From NCBI GenBank assembly GCA_944380395.1, contig CALWHM010000005.1, forward strand, positions 217-64,216: a stretch of 64,000 nucleotides of DNA, written 5' to 3'. The notes under the pieces are model-generated. The model saw only the letters and a program-made list of their open reading frames with translations. It did no database searches and was not told the DNA's origin. This document shows, one piece after another, positions 48,798 to 58,996 of this stretch. The stretch is from an uncultured Clostridia bacterium. GTDB taxonomy: Bacteria; Bacillota; Clostridia; Christensenellales; UBA3700. The translations under genes and the position numbers were made by a program. Numbering within the stretch: the first letter of the stretch is position 1; every line of letters begins with the position of its first letter.

Positions 48798-51662
48798 ATG
48801 GATTTCAGACAGACATTTATCGGTGAAGCAGACAAAAAGTATTTAGATATGCTTGGCGGTAAGACAAAGCCGCTTACGCAAGGCGTGTCGGTTGATGATG
48901 CAAGCGAATATTGCAAGCACAACTCCGACTATCAAAATAGATTGAAAAACGAGCTTGAAGCATATAACGGCGCTATCGAGCGAGTTAACAGAAATCGTAA
49001 ACAGCGCTTGGAAAGAGAAAAGCAGGCTGAAAACGCAAGGTTAAGGGGAATAGCCAAGCGGAAGTATATCGTTAAAATGATATTCAAGGCATTGACTATC
49101 TTATTGCCCGTTATTATTATGGTTCTGATCGGTTGCGATATCTTTATCAATCGTGAATATTATGCGGAAGTAACAGGTGAATTCGGATGGATAACGGCGG
49201 GCTGGGTAATTCTCACCTTGCTGGTGTTGTTATTCGTAATACGTACCTTTATCAAAATGGTACGCAAAGAAACATTTGAAGCTTATCGGGCGCATGCGCA
49301 CTACAATATAGGCGCGGCAATTATTTGCCTCGTGTTTGCCATAGTAGCATGCTGCGGCAATCTTGCAGGATATGCTTATGTGGGAGTGGAAGAAGTTAAT
49401 TCCATAAATATAAGAATAAGAAGGCTGCCCGATTCCATATCCAATCATTTTGATACATATGAGGACACGTTACAGGAGATAAACAGAGAATACAGCGGGT
49501 TTGATTTTTGGCAAAAGTATATGGTCAACGACCGTGAAGAGTTTGAAGAATTGATTGCCGAATTCAACGAGTATTATATCGGACGAATGAGAGATGAGTT
49601 GGGAGGCGTAACTGCGTCAAATGCTGCCGAAAAGCTGCAAAGCGTTGCCGAGATGTATAAGGGCCTGACCAAAGAACAAAGAAAATTGCTTACAGATGAG
49701 GAAAGCGAACGCGGCGACAGGCTTTGCGAGGCATATGATATCGTTATCAAAATAAATGAGATAGAGCAGGATATTCTGAACAGGTACGAGGAAGTCGGTT
49801 CCGTTAAGGAAGAGTACAATAGCTTGCCCGATGAGTACAGGGGATATGTTTACAATTCCGAGTTGTTAAACGAATTCAAAGACCGGTATCAGTATTTTAA
49901 CAGCTTTGAATATACGGAGACGGATGGCGGCTACTCCATTTCTTTGAAAAGCGGTTATACGGTTTCCGGAGACATAATCATACCTTCTTCATATGAAGGG
50001 CAGCCGGTAGTGGAAATAGCCGAATATGCATTCAAAGATAATACTGGTATTACATCCGTAGTGGTGCCCGAATCCGTCAAAACTATTTATTCAGGAGCAT
50101 TCGGCGGATGCACTTCCTTGCGAGAAATAACGTTGCCCTTTATTGGCAAAACGGCAGATACGGAAACGGAGCGCTGGGCAGTATTGGGATATATATTCGG
50201 AGACGGTGATACAAATACCGACATGAGCCATAATAAAACTCAATATGTTACCAGCGGCACATCCGGCTTTACTTCGCAAGCGCCGTATACATCATCGAGT
50301 TATTTCTATCATGCCATACCTCAAAGCTTGCGCAAGGTAACGGTGACAAGCCAAACCGTGATCCCCGCATATGCTTTCCGCAATTGCGACTTACTTGAAG
50401 AAGTGATTTATGAAAAAACGGTCACTTCGATCGGCAAGTATGCATTCAGCGGTTGTTCCAATCTGCCGAGTTTTACTGTGGAGAGCGGACTGAAAACTAT
50501 CGGTAATTACGCATTCAGCGGCTGTTCCAAGCTGTCGGGTTTTGCTATGGAAAACGGATTGGAAACTATCGGTGAAGGAGCTTTTTATAACTGCAAATCG
50601 TTTGACGCGCTTAATTTGCCTTCAAGCTTGACCACTATCGGTGCGTATGCATTCCACGGAATGGATCAAATCACATCGGTCACTATACCCGATTCTGTTA
50701 CAAAAATCGGTTCGGGCGCTTTTTACGGCTGGACATCGCTTTATGATATAACGCTGCCCTTTATTGGTAGAACGGCAGATACGGAAACGGAGCGCTGGTC
50801 GGTATTGGGATATATATTCGGAGATGGCGAAACCGATGATACTATGAATAGTAATTCTTCCGAATATGTAACCAGCGGTACATCGGGATTTACTTCACAA
50901 GCGCCGAATTCTTCGTATACTTATTTTTACTATGCCATACCTCAAAGCTTGCGCAAGGTAACGATAACAAGTCAAACAGTGATCCCCGCATATGCTTTCC
51001 GCAATTGCGATTTACTTGAAGAGGTGATTTATGAAAAAACGGTCACTTCGATCGGCAAGTATGCGTTCAGCGGCTGTTCCAAGCTGTCGGGATTTGCTAT
51101 GGAAAACGGATTGAAAACTATCGGAGAAAGAGCTTTTTATAACTGCAAATCGTTTGACGCGCTTAATTTACCTTCGGGTTTAACTGATATCGGACAGTTC
51201 GCGTTCTATGGAATGAATCAAGTTACATCGGTCACTATACCCGATTCTGTTACAAAAATCGGATATAGTGCTTTTTGCGGATGGACATCACTTAAAGATA
51301 TAACCTTGCCTTTTGTAGGCAATACTATAAGTACCGGTACTGCAAGATATGCTGTTTTCGGCTATATATTCGGCGACGGGGATACCGATGACAGTATGAA
51401 TCCCGCTTCTTCCGAATACGAAACAAGCGGTACATCGGGATTTACGTCACAAGCACCGTATTCTTCTAGCAGATATTATTACTATGCTATACCTCAAAGC
51501 TTGCGCAAGGTGACCGTGACGAAGCAAACATCTGTACCTGCTTATGCTTTCCATAATTGCGATTTGTTGGAGGAAGTAGTATATAGTTCTATAAGCTCAA
51601 GGGGCACGGACGCTTTCAGTAATTGCAGCGCGACCGTAACCGATCTTTCAAAGCAGATATGA
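48798..51662 (+). CDS. Three-TM membrane protein with helical stalk and BspA-type LRR ectodomain
   Basis: Three hydrophobic helices at aa ~95-190; TIGxxAFxxC LRRs; triplicated TLPF.G...GYIFGDG...YAIPQSLRKVT module. Confidence 0.85.
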   Translation: MDFRQTFIGEADKKYLDMLGGKTKPLTQGVSVDDASEYCKHNSDYQNRLKNELEAYNGAIERVNRNRKQRLEREKQAENARLRGIAKRKYIVKMIFKALTILLPVIIMVLIGCDIFINREYYAEVTGEFGWITAGWVILTLLVLLFVIRTFIKMVRKETFEAYRAHAHYNIGAAIICLVFAIVACCGNLAGYAYVGVEEVNSINIRIRRLPDSISNHFDTYEDTLQEINREYSGFDFWQKYMVNDREEFEELIAEFNEYYIGRMRDELGGVTASNAAEKLQSVAEMYKGLTKEQRKLLTDEESERGDRLCEAYDIVIKINEIEQDILNRYEEVGSVKEEYNSLPDEYRGYVYNSELLNEFKDRYQYFNSFEYTETDGGYSISLKSGYTVSGDIIIPSSYEGQPVVEIAEYAFKDNTGITSVVVPESVKTIYSGAFGGCTSLREITLPFIGKTADTETERWAVLGYIFGDGDTNTDMSHNKTQYVTSGTSGFTSQAPYTSSSYFYHAIPQSLRKVTVTSQTVIPAYAFRNCDLLEEVIYEKTVTSIGKYAFSGCSNLPSFTVESGLKTIGNYAFSGCSKLSGFAMENGLETIGEGAFYNCKSFDALNLPSSLTTIGAYAFHGMDQITSVTIPDSVTKIGSGAFYGWTSLYDITLPFIGRTADTETERWSVLGYIFGDGETDDTMNSNSSEYVTSGTSGFTSQAPNSSYTYFYYAIPQSLRKVTITSQTVIPAYAFRNCDLLEEVIYEKTVTSIGKYAFSGCSKLSGFAMENGLKTIGERAFYNCKSFDALNLPSGLTDIGQFAFYGMNQVTSVTIPDSVTKIGYSAFCGWTSLKDITLPFVGNTISTGTARYAVFGYIFGDGDTDDSMNPASSEYETSGTSGFTSQAPYSSSRYYYYAIPQSLRKVTVTKQTSVPAYAFHNCDLLEEVVYSSISSRGTDAFSNCSATVTDLSKQI

Positions 51663-51730
51663 CAGCCGGTTGAAAGCGGCAATTATGTCAATATCGATGT
51701 AATATCGATCAAATAAATATCCACTCGCAT

Positions 51731-51775
51731 TGATATGCACCCCAAACGTTGGACAGACTTTATGAGGTGCATATC
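51731..51775 (+). mobile_element. Isolated IS3/IS150-like terminal inverted repeat
   Basis: TGATATGCACCCCAAACGTTGGACA...GGTGCATATC resembles IS3-family ends (TG...GCACCCCAAA.GTT.GACA). Confidence 0.55.
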
Positions 51776-51880
51776 TCTTTGAGATATTATACTAATATCT
51801 CCGATTCGTTCGAAGCGTCCAATGTGAAAGCGGTTGACACAAATTTTGACACAAATTTGAGCAGCGATGGGGATAACTAA
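51776..51880 (+). pseudogene. Possible tyrosine integrase C-terminal remnant with tandem arm-type sites
   Basis: SLRYYTNISDSFE...* resembles an integrase YTH box; TTGACACAAATT repeated twice at 51834-51857, ~80 bp from the tRNA 3' end. Confidence 0.4.
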
Positions 51881-51937
51881 ATAAAAAGTCGCCCTCTTAA
51901 TCGACATATAATGCCGATTTTGAGGACGACACCGATT

Positions 51938-52027
51938 TGGCGGAGACGGAGGGATTCGAACCCTCGAGCCCACGAGAGGCTACTTGATTTCGAGTCAAGC
52001 CCGTTATGACCACTTCGATACGTCTCC
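51938..52027 (-). tRNA. tRNA-Ser (anticodon CGA)
   Basis: GGAGACG acceptor stem, CTTGA-CTCGAAA-TCAAG anticodon arm, long variable arm, GGTTCGAATCC, encoded CCA. Confidence 0.97.
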
Positions 52028-52217
52028 GTACGCGCAATAAAAATTATAGCGGGATATTTGAAAAAAAGCAAGCGTTTGGCGAAGGGACGCTCATATAAAG
52101 TTTATCGCCGTGAGAAAATCACCGGCGAGAAGGAAGCGTATATAAAAGTTTATCGTTGGAAGAAAACAGGCGATGTCGCGGCGCGCGGATAAAAGTTTTG
52201 CAATTGCCTTAAAACAG

Positions 52218-52340
52218 TTGACAGGACGGCGCGGCGGATATATAATTTTCACATTAAAGATAAATGTAACTGCAATGGCGCAGGCGCATTAAAGAAAAGG
52301 CAAAAGCCGCTCTTTGAAAGAAGGGCGGCTTTATTTATTG
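52218..52340 (+). promoter_or_regulatory. asnB promoter and leader with ANTAR-like hairpin and attenuator
   Basis: TTGACA-17-TATAAT; CTGC-AATGGC-GCAG at 52270-52283; terminator AAAGCCGCTCTT...AAGGGCGGCTTT. Confidence 0.65.
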
Positions 52341-52351
52341 CAGGAGGAGAT

Positions 52352-53929
52352 ATGTGCGGTATAATATGTTGCTGCGGCAAGGTGGACGGTCAGGCTTTTG
52401 AAGAGGGATTTGTGCGGACGTTCGACAGGGGGCCCGATATGTCCCGTGTCGTGCGCGCGGGCGGAGGCGTTATGGGCTTTCACCGCCTTGCGATAATGGG
52501 ACTTGACGAAAGCGGAATGCAGCCGTTTACGCGCGGAGAGTCCGTTGTGGTGTGTAACGGCGAATTATACGGCTTTCGCAAGATGAAAGCTCAGTTGGAG
52601 AAAAAGGGGTACGCCTTTGCTTCCGGGAGCGACTGCGAGCTTATTTTGCCGCTTTACGCAGAATACGGAACGGGTATGTTCGGCATACTCGACGCTGAGT
52701 TTGCCATGGTGATTTACGACGGGAAAAGCGGCGAATGGATAGCCGCACGCGACCCGATAGGTATTCGTCCGCTTTATTGGGGAAAGACGAGAGATGGGGT
52801 GATGTGCTTTGCAAGCGAAGCGCGCTATCTCACGCCTTTGTGCGAAAGGGTTATGCCGTTCCCGCCGGGATGTTATTGGAAGGGCGGAGAGTTTATCCGT
52901 TATTGCGATATAGCAAGAGCAGAGGTAAATAAAGAGAGCGATATAGAAAAAATATGCGCAAACATACGCGAAAAACTGATAGCAGGGGTGGAAAAAAGGC
53001 TGGATTCGGACGCGCCCGCGGGCTTTTTGCTGAGCGGAGGATTGGACTCTTCCCTGGTGTGCGCGATAGCGGCGAAAAAGTTGGGAAAGATCCGCACTTT
53101 CGCCGTGGGCATGCGCAAGGACGCCATAGATTTGAAGTACGCAAGGGAGGCGGCGGAATATATTGGCAGTGAGCACACGGAGATTTATATGACCTTTAAC
53201 GACGTTCTGGCGGCGCTTGAAGAGGTGATATATTCCTTGGGCACTTTTGATATAACCACGATAAGGGCGAGTTTGGGAATGTATATCCTGTGCAGAGAAA
53301 TACGCAAGATAAGCGATGTGCGCGTGCTGCTTACGGGAGAGATATCCGACGAGTTGTTCGGGTATAAGTACACGGATTTTGCGCCGAGTGCGGAGGAGTT
53401 TCAAAAAGAGAGCGAAAAGCGCGTGCGCGAACTGCATATGTACGACGTTCTGCGTGCGGACAGGTGCATATCATCCAACTCTTTGGAAGCGCGCGTGCCG
53501 TTCGGAGATCTCGAGTTTGTGCGATATGTGATGAGCATAGATCCCAAGCTGAAGATGAACACTTACAAAATGGGCAAGTATCTGCTCAGAAAGGCGTTTG
53601 AAGGGGATTATTTGCCCGATAACATTTTATGGCGGGAAAAAGCCGCGTTTTCCGACGCGGTGGGGCATTCTATGGTGGATATGCTCAAGCAAGAGGCGGA
53701 AAGGCGGTATACGGACGGGGAGTTCGCCGTAAAAAGCGAGAAGTACGCATATCATTGCAAGCCGTTTACAAAGGAGTCGCTTATGTACCGCGAGATATTC
53801 GAGCGCTATTATCCCAACGGCGCTGAGATGATAAAAGATTTTTGGATGCCGAACAAAAGCTGGGAAGGCTGTAACGTTAACGACCCTTCGGCAAGAGTTC
53901 TTTCCAATTACGGTAAAAGTGGTCAATAA
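52352..53929 (+). CDS. asnB: Asparagine synthase (glutamine-hydrolysing)
   Basis: MCGI, RGPD, NGELY, ARDPIGIRPLY, LLSGGLDSS, EARVPF, WREK. Confidence 0.97.
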   Translation: MCGIICCCGKVDGQAFEEGFVRTFDRGPDMSRVVRAGGGVMGFHRLAIMGLDESGMQPFTRGESVVVCNGELYGFRKMKAQLEKKGYAFASGSDCELILPLYAEYGTGMFGILDAEFAMVIYDGKSGEWIAARDPIGIRPLYWGKTRDGVMCFASEARYLTPLCERVMPFPPGCYWKGGEFIRYCDIARAEVNKESDIEKICANIREKLIAGVEKRLDSDAPAGFLLSGGLDSSLVCAIAAKKLGKIRTFAVGMRKDAIDLKYAREAAEYIGSEHTEIYMTFNDVLAALEEVIYSLGTFDITTIRASLGMYILCREIRKISDVRVLLTGEISDELFGYKYTDFAPSAEEFQKESEKRVRELHMYDVLRADRCISSNSLEARVPFGDLEFVRYVMSIDPKLKMNTYKMGKYLLRKAFEGDYLPDNILWREKAAFSDAVGHSMVDMLKQEAERRYTDGEFAVKSEKYAYHCKPFTKESLMYREIFERYYPNGAEMIKDFWMPNKSWEGCNVNDPSARVLSNYGKSGQ

Positions 53930-53955
53930 CCAACGGATAACAAGTTTCCTCTAAA

Positions 53956-53988
53956 CAAATATCCGCTCGCTGTGCGGGCGGATATTTG
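53956..53988. terminator. Hairpin between convergent asnB and type III GS
   Basis: CAAATATCCGCTCGC-TGT-GCGGGCGGATATTTG. Confidence 0.7.
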
Positions 53989-54037
53989 CCGTATTCAAAC
54001 GAATACGAAAGCAAAGGAATATCGGCGTAAGGGCTGC

Positions 54038-56122
54038 TTATACGCCGAACAAGAGGTCGGAATAGGTGGGGAACGGCCAATACTTTTCGCCTACAATCAT
54101 CTCCAGCATATCCGCGGTAATGCGCAGTTTGTTCATTGCGGGAATGACGCTGTCGCGGCAGTAGCGCGACATAGATGCGGAATCCGCGCACGCTTTTATT
54201 CCTGCGGCGGCTGAGTCCAAGGCGTCGGTCTGTTCGTACATCTTATCCAAAAGCACGCCGAGTTTGACCAAGGTGTCAGATATGCGGCGGCAGGGCGCGC
54301 CCGGGCAGAGGGATACCGCCTTGTATGTCTTGCCGAGAGCGGAGGCATAGTCCCCCGCGGCGGGGATTATCTGCTTGCGCGCCATATCGGACATTGTGAG
54401 CGCTTCTATGTTTATCGTCTTGCAATAGCTTTCGGACAGTATTTCCAGACGGCTCTGCATCTCCTCTTTCGTATAGATCATATGCTTGGTGAACAAGTCC
54501 ACGTTTTTGCGGTCGAGGAAGTGCGCCAAGGCGTCGGGAGTGGAAGGAAGGTCGGAAAGTCCGCGCCGCTTGGCTTCCGCGCGCCATTCTTCCGAGTAGT
54601 TGTTGCCGTTGAAGATTATGCGCTTGTGCGCGCTGATGGAGTTTTTGATGAGCGTCGTCATAGTGCCGGGAATGTCGTCGGAGCATTCCAGCACGTCGGC
54701 AAAGCGGCAAAGCTCTTCCGCAACTATCGTGTTCAAGACGGTGTTGGGACCGGAAACGGACATAGACGAACCGGGCATGCGGAACTCAAATTTGTTGCCC
54801 GTAAAGGCAAAAGGAGAAGTGCGGTTGCGGTCCGTGGAATCCTTGGCAAAGGCGGGGAGATAGTGAACGCCCACTTCAAAAAGCGCCTTTTTTCTGCCGG
54901 AGTAAGAGCTTTCGCGCTCTATGCTTTCGAGTATTTCCGTGAGTTCATCGCCCAAGAACATGGATATGACCGCGGGCGGAGCTTCATTTGCTCCCAGGCG
55001 ATGGTCGTTGCCCGCGCTCGCCACGGAAATGCGCAGCAGCTCCTGATAATCGTCCACAGCCGCTATCACCGCGCACAAAAACAGCAGAAATTGCGCGTTC
55101 TCAGCGGGAGTTTTACCCGGTTCAAGCAGGTTCACGCCCGTATTCGTGCTCATAGACCAGTTGTTGTGCTTGCCGCTTCCGTTTATTCCCGCAAACGGCT
55201 TTTCGTGCAAAAGGCACACCAATCCGTGTTTACGCGCCAGCCTTTTCATCATATCCATTGTGAGTTGGTTGTGATCCGCGGCAATATTCGCGCCGGTGAA
55301 GATGGGCGCGGTTTCGTGCTGGGCGGGCGCCACTTCGTTGTGTTCGGTTTTGGCTTGAATGCCCAGCTTCCAAAGTTCTTCGTCCAAGTCGCGCATATAT
55401 TCGTGAACGCGGGTCTTTATGGCGCCGAAGTAGTGGTCGTCCATCTCCTGCCCCTTGGGAGGGCGGGCGCCGAAGAGCGTTTTGCCCGTGATGACAAGGT
55501 CGCGGCGCTTTAAGTAAAGCTCTCTGTCTATAAGAAAGTATTCTTGTTCGGGACCCACCGTAGTAATGATATTATCCGCGTTATTTCCCAAAAGACGCAA
55601 TATGCGCAGGGCTTGTCTGCTCAGCGCCTGAATGGAACGCAGCAGCGGGGTTTTCTTGTCCAGCGCCTGTCCGCCGTAAGAGCAGAAAGCGGTGGGGATA
55701 TACAAAGTGTCGTCCTTTATAAAGGCGTACGAAGAAGGATCCCACGCCGTGTAGCCGCGCGCTTCAAAGGTGGCGCGCAGTCCGCCGGAGGGGAAGGAGG
55801 AAGCGTCCGGTTCGCCCTTTATGAGTTCCTTGCCCTTAAACTCCGTTATCACTGTGCCGTCGCCGGAAGGGGCGATGAAGGAGTCGTGTTTTTCCGCGGT
55901 CACGCCCGTCATCGGCTGGAACCAATGGGTGAAGTGTGTGGCGCCTTTTTCAATCGCCCAATCCTTCATAGCGTTAGCCACCACGTTGGCGGTGTCTATG
56001 TCCAGGGGCGTATCCGAGGCAAGGCAGGTTTTGAGCGCCTTGTACGTGCTGCGGGGCAGGCGTTCTTGCATAACGGCGTCGTTAAAGACCATGCTGCCGA
56101 ACGTGTCTTTGATGTTTTTCAT
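54038..56122 (-). CDS. glnN: Glutamine synthetase type III
   Basis: [65 protein letters not shown]. Confidence 0.97.
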   Translation of the reverse strand: MKNIKDTFGSMVFNDAVMQERLPRSTYKALKTCLASDTPLDIDTANVVANAMKDWAIEKGATHFTHWFQPMTGVTAEKHDSFIAPSGDGTVITEFKGKELIKGEPDASSFPSGGLRATFEARGYTAWDPSSYAFIKDDTLYIPTAFCSYGGQALDKKTPLLRSIQALSRQALRILRLLGNNADNIITTVGPEQEYFLIDRELYLKRRDLVITGKTLFGARPPKGQEMDDHYFGAIKTRVHEYMRDLDEELWKLGIQAKTEHNEVAPAQHETAPIFTGANIAADHNQLTMDMMKRLARKHGLVCLLHEKPFAGINGSGKHNNWSMSTNTGVNLLEPGKTPAENAQFLLFLCAVIAAVDDYQELLRISVASAGNDHRLGANEAPPAVISMFLGDELTEILESIERESSYSGRKKALFEVGVHYLPAFAKDSTDRNRTSPFAFTGNKFEFRMPGSSMSVSGPNTVLNTIVAEELCRFADVLECSDDIPGTMTTLIKNSISAHKRIIFNGNNYSEEWRAEAKRRGLSDLPSTPDALAHFLDRKNVDLFTKHMIYTKEEMQSRLEILSESYCKTINIEALTMSDMARKQIIPAAGDYASALGKTYKAVSLCPGAPCRRISDTLVKLGVLLDKMYEQTDALDSAAAGIKACADSASMSRYCRDSVIPAMNKLRITADMLEMIVGEKYWPFPTYSDLLFGV

Positions 56123-56180
56123 AATATCTCCTTTGAGGAAGCGCGCTTCCCGAAATTTAGTATCACTTGCCGCGATAAAC

Positions 56181-56259
56181 AAAAAAGGCGCCGCGGAATA
56201 TCCGCAGCGCCGTTGCTGTTTACAGTTGGTATTGTATGCTTAAAAAGCGGAGATGTCAA
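56181..56259 (-). promoter_or_regulatory. Type III GS promoter and ANTAR-like leader attenuator
   Basis: TTGACA-17-TACAAT; CAGC-AACGGC-GCTG hairpin overlaps terminator GGCGCTGCGGA...TCCGCGGCGCC-T6. Confidence 0.75.
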
Positions 56260-56326
56260 CGATTTTTTATGCATTTTTTGCAAAAATTTGCCCCTTATTT
56301 TGTTTACTTTTCAAGAAAAAGCGTGC

Positions 56327-56390
56327 TAAAATAAGCGTGAACAAAGGCGTTCGCAAAAGACAAGGTGTCTTTACGGGCGCCTTTTTCTTT
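56327..56390 (+). promoter_or_regulatory. Glutamate synthase operon ANTAR-like leader attenuator
   Basis: TAAAAT -10; GAAC-AAAGGC-GTTC (56339-56352) overlaps terminator ending GGGCGCCTTTTTCTTT. Confidence 0.75.
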
Positions 56391-56409
56391 TACGGCGGAA
56401 GGAGAGCAA

Positions 56410-57501
56410 ATGGAAGAGAGGTTTTTTGAAGGCAACGTGCGCATTCCTTCGGGCTGCGCGATAAGCGGATTTATCCACCGCGACGGCAGGGTGAGCGACG
56501 GCGGAGCCATTATAACGTCCATTGCCGCAATGCACGAGCGGAGCAACGGGCTGGGCGGCGGCTTTGCCGGATACGGGATATATCCCGAATACAAGGACTA
56601 CTACGCGCTGCATCTTTTTTATTCGGATAAAGTGGTCAAAAGAGAGTGCGAAAGCTTTTTGGAAGAAAGGTTTGACATAATCAACCTGTCCAAAATCCCC
56701 GTACGCAAGACGCCGAAGATAGTGGACGAGCCGCTCATATGGCGCTACTTTGTCAAGCCTTTGCCCACGCGGCTTGCGGAAAGCCAGCTGGATGAGGACG
56801 AGTTCGTTTCCCGCTGCGCGTTCAGAATAAACACGTATATGAAGGGCGCGTACGTTTTCTCCTGCGGCAAAAATATGGGCGCGTTCAAAGCGGTGGGGTA
56901 TCCCGAGGACGTGGGGGAGTTCTACCGTCTGGACGAATACAAGGCGTACAGCTGGATGGCGCACGGCAGATATCCGACCAACACTCCCGGCTGGTGGGGC
57001 GGCGCGCACCCGTTCTGCCTTTTGGATATGGCGGTGGTTCACAACGGAGAGATATCCTCTTACGACGCCAACAGGCGCAATATGGAGATGTACGGATATA
57101 AATGTAATTTGCAGACGGATACGGAAGTCATAACATACATATTCGACTATTTGGTGCGCAAGCAGGGCTTGACGCTGAAAGAAGCGTGCGCCGTGATAGC
57201 CGCGCCGTTTTGGCACAAGATTGAGCGTATGCCGCAGCAAGAGCGCGAACGCGCGGAGTATCTGCGCCGTAATTTTTCGGGACTTCTGGTGACGGGTCCG
57301 TTCTCCGTAATATTGGGATACAAAGGCGGACTTTTGGCGATAAACGACAGACTGAAACTGCGCTCTATGGTGGTGGGAGAATATAAAAACACCACATACA
57401 TAGCCAGCGAAGAGTGCGCCATACGCGCGATAGCGCCCGTTTTGGACAGGCTGTACGCCCCCGAGGGCGGGGAAGCCGTGATAGCGGAGGTGATGAGATG
57501 A
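56410..57501 (+). CDS. Glutamate synthase subunit, class II glutamine amidotransferase domain
   Basis: SGCAISG, ERSNGLGGG, AHGRYPTNTPGWWGGAHPF, HNGEI, TDTEV. Confidence 0.92.
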   Translation: MEERFFEGNVRIPSGCAISGFIHRDGRVSDGGAIITSIAAMHERSNGLGGGFAGYGIYPEYKDYYALHLFYSDKVVKRECESFLEERFDIINLSKIPVRKTPKIVDEPLIWRYFVKPLPTRLAESQLDEDEFVSRCAFRINTYMKGAYVFSCGKNMGAFKAVGYPEDVGEFYRLDEYKAYSWMAHGRYPTNTPGWWGGAHPFCLLDMAVVHNGEISSYDANRRNMEMYGYKCNLQTDTEVITYIFDYLVRKQGLTLKEACAVIAAPFWHKIERMPQQERERAEYLRRNFSGLLVTGPFSVILGYKGGLLAINDRLKLRSMVVGEYKNTTYIASEECAIRAIAPVLDRLYAPEGGEAVIAEVMR

Positions 57502-58994
57502 ACGCCAGGGCAAGAGCGGAGTTTGAAATACTCAAAGACGCGTCGCGCTGCATAGACTGCGGCGTGTGCGAAAAGCAGTGCGCGAACGGCGTTTACAAGA
57601 AGGCGGCGGACGGCAGACTGCTCATAGCCGACGAAAAGTGCGTAAACTGCCAGCGGTGCGTGGAGATGTGTCCCGCGGGCGCGCTCAAAGTGATACGCAA
57701 CCGCAACACGCCGCAAAGCGACGGCAATTGGCATTTGCGGGCGGTGAGAGAGATATACAGGCAGGCGGAAACGGGCGGCGTGCTCCTTTCTTCTATGGGC
57801 AATCCCTGCGATATGCCCGCCTATTTCGACAGGATAGCGGTGAACGCGTCGCAGGTGACTAATCCGCCCATAGATCCGCTGCGCGAACCAATGGAAACGC
57901 GGGTGTATTTGGGCGCGCAAAACAGGCAGATAACAAGGGGCAGGGACGGAAAAATACAGCCGGAAGGCAAGGCTCTCAGGCTGGAAGTTCCCGTGATGTT
58001 TTCCGCTATGTCGTACGGCTCCATAAGCTATAACGCCCACGCGGCTTTGGCGCGCGCGGCGCGGGAGCTGGGCACTTACTATAATACGGGGGAGGGCGGC
58101 TTGCACCGAGATTTTTACGAGTACGGAGAAAATACGATAGTGCAGGTGGCGTCGGGCAGATTCGGCGTGCACAAAGACTATCTCAACGCGGGCGCCGCCA
58201 TAGAGATAAAGATGGGTCAGGGCGCAAAGCCGGGTATAGGCGGACATCTGCCGGGAGAAAAGACGGTCGGGGATATATCCGTCACGCGTATGATACCGCC
58301 GGGCAGCGACGCCATATCTCCCGCGCCTCATCACGATATCTATTCGATAGAAGATCTAAGGCAGCTTGTGGATTCTTTGAAAGAAGCCACCCGTTACCAA
58401 AAGCCGATATTCGTAAAAGTAGCCGCCGTGCACAACATCGCCGCCATAGCCGGAGGCATAGCGCGCAGCGGAGCGGACGTGATAGTGCTGGACGGCTGGC
58501 GCGGGGGTACGGGTGCGGCGCCCACACGCATACGCGACAACGTGGGCATACCCGTGGAACTGGCGCTTGCAAGCGTGGATTCACGTCTGCGCGCGGAAGG
58601 GATAAGGGACAGAGTATGCCTTGTGGCGGGCGGCAGTATACGCAATTCCGCGGATATGGTCAAAGCTATAGCGCTCGGCGCGGACGCTGTGTATATAGGC
58701 ACGGCGGCGCTTATCGCCATGGGCTGTCACGTGTGCCGCAGCTGTCACAGCGGCAGATGCAATTGGGGCATAGCCACACAGCAGCCCGAACTCGTGGCTC
58801 GTCTAAACGTGGACGAAGCGGTGAAAAGGCTGGTCAATCTGGTCACGGCGTGGAAGCACGAGATGGAGGAGATGATGGGCGGAATGGGCATTAACGCCAT
58901 TGAAGCGCTGCGCGGAAACAGACTTATGCTGCGCGGATTGGGGCTTAATTCGCGCGAACTCGACATATTGGGAATAATGCATGCGGGAGAGTGA
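57498..58994 (+). CDS. Glutamate synthase FMN-binding subunit with 2[4Fe-4S] domain
   Basis: CIDCGVC and CVNCQRCVEMCP; AMSYGSIS, NTGEGG, QGAKPGIGGHLPGEK, C..CR.C..GRC. Confidence 0.93.
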   Translation: MNARARAEFEILKDASRCIDCGVCEKQCANGVYKKAADGRLLIADEKCVNCQRCVEMCPAGALKVIRNRNTPQSDGNWHLRAVREIYRQAETGGVLLSSMGNPCDMPAYFDRIAVNASQVTNPPIDPLREPMETRVYLGAQNRQITRGRDGKIQPEGKALRLEVPVMFSAMSYGSISYNAHAALARAARELGTYYNTGEGGLHRDFYEYGENTIVQVASGRFGVHKDYLNAGAAIEIKMGQGAKPGIGGHLPGEKTVGDISVTRMIPPGSDAISPAPHHDIYSIEDLRQLVDSLKEATRYQKPIFVKVAAVHNIAAIAGGIARSGADVIVLDGWRGGTGAAPTRIRDNVGIPVELALASVDSRLRAEGIRDRVCLVAGGSIRNSADMVKAIALGADAVYIGTAALIAMGCHVCRSCHSGRCNWGIATQQPELVARLNVDEAVKRLVNLVTAWKHEMEEMMGGMGINAIEALRGNRLMLRGLGLNSRELDILGIMHAGE

Positions 58995-58996
58995 AT

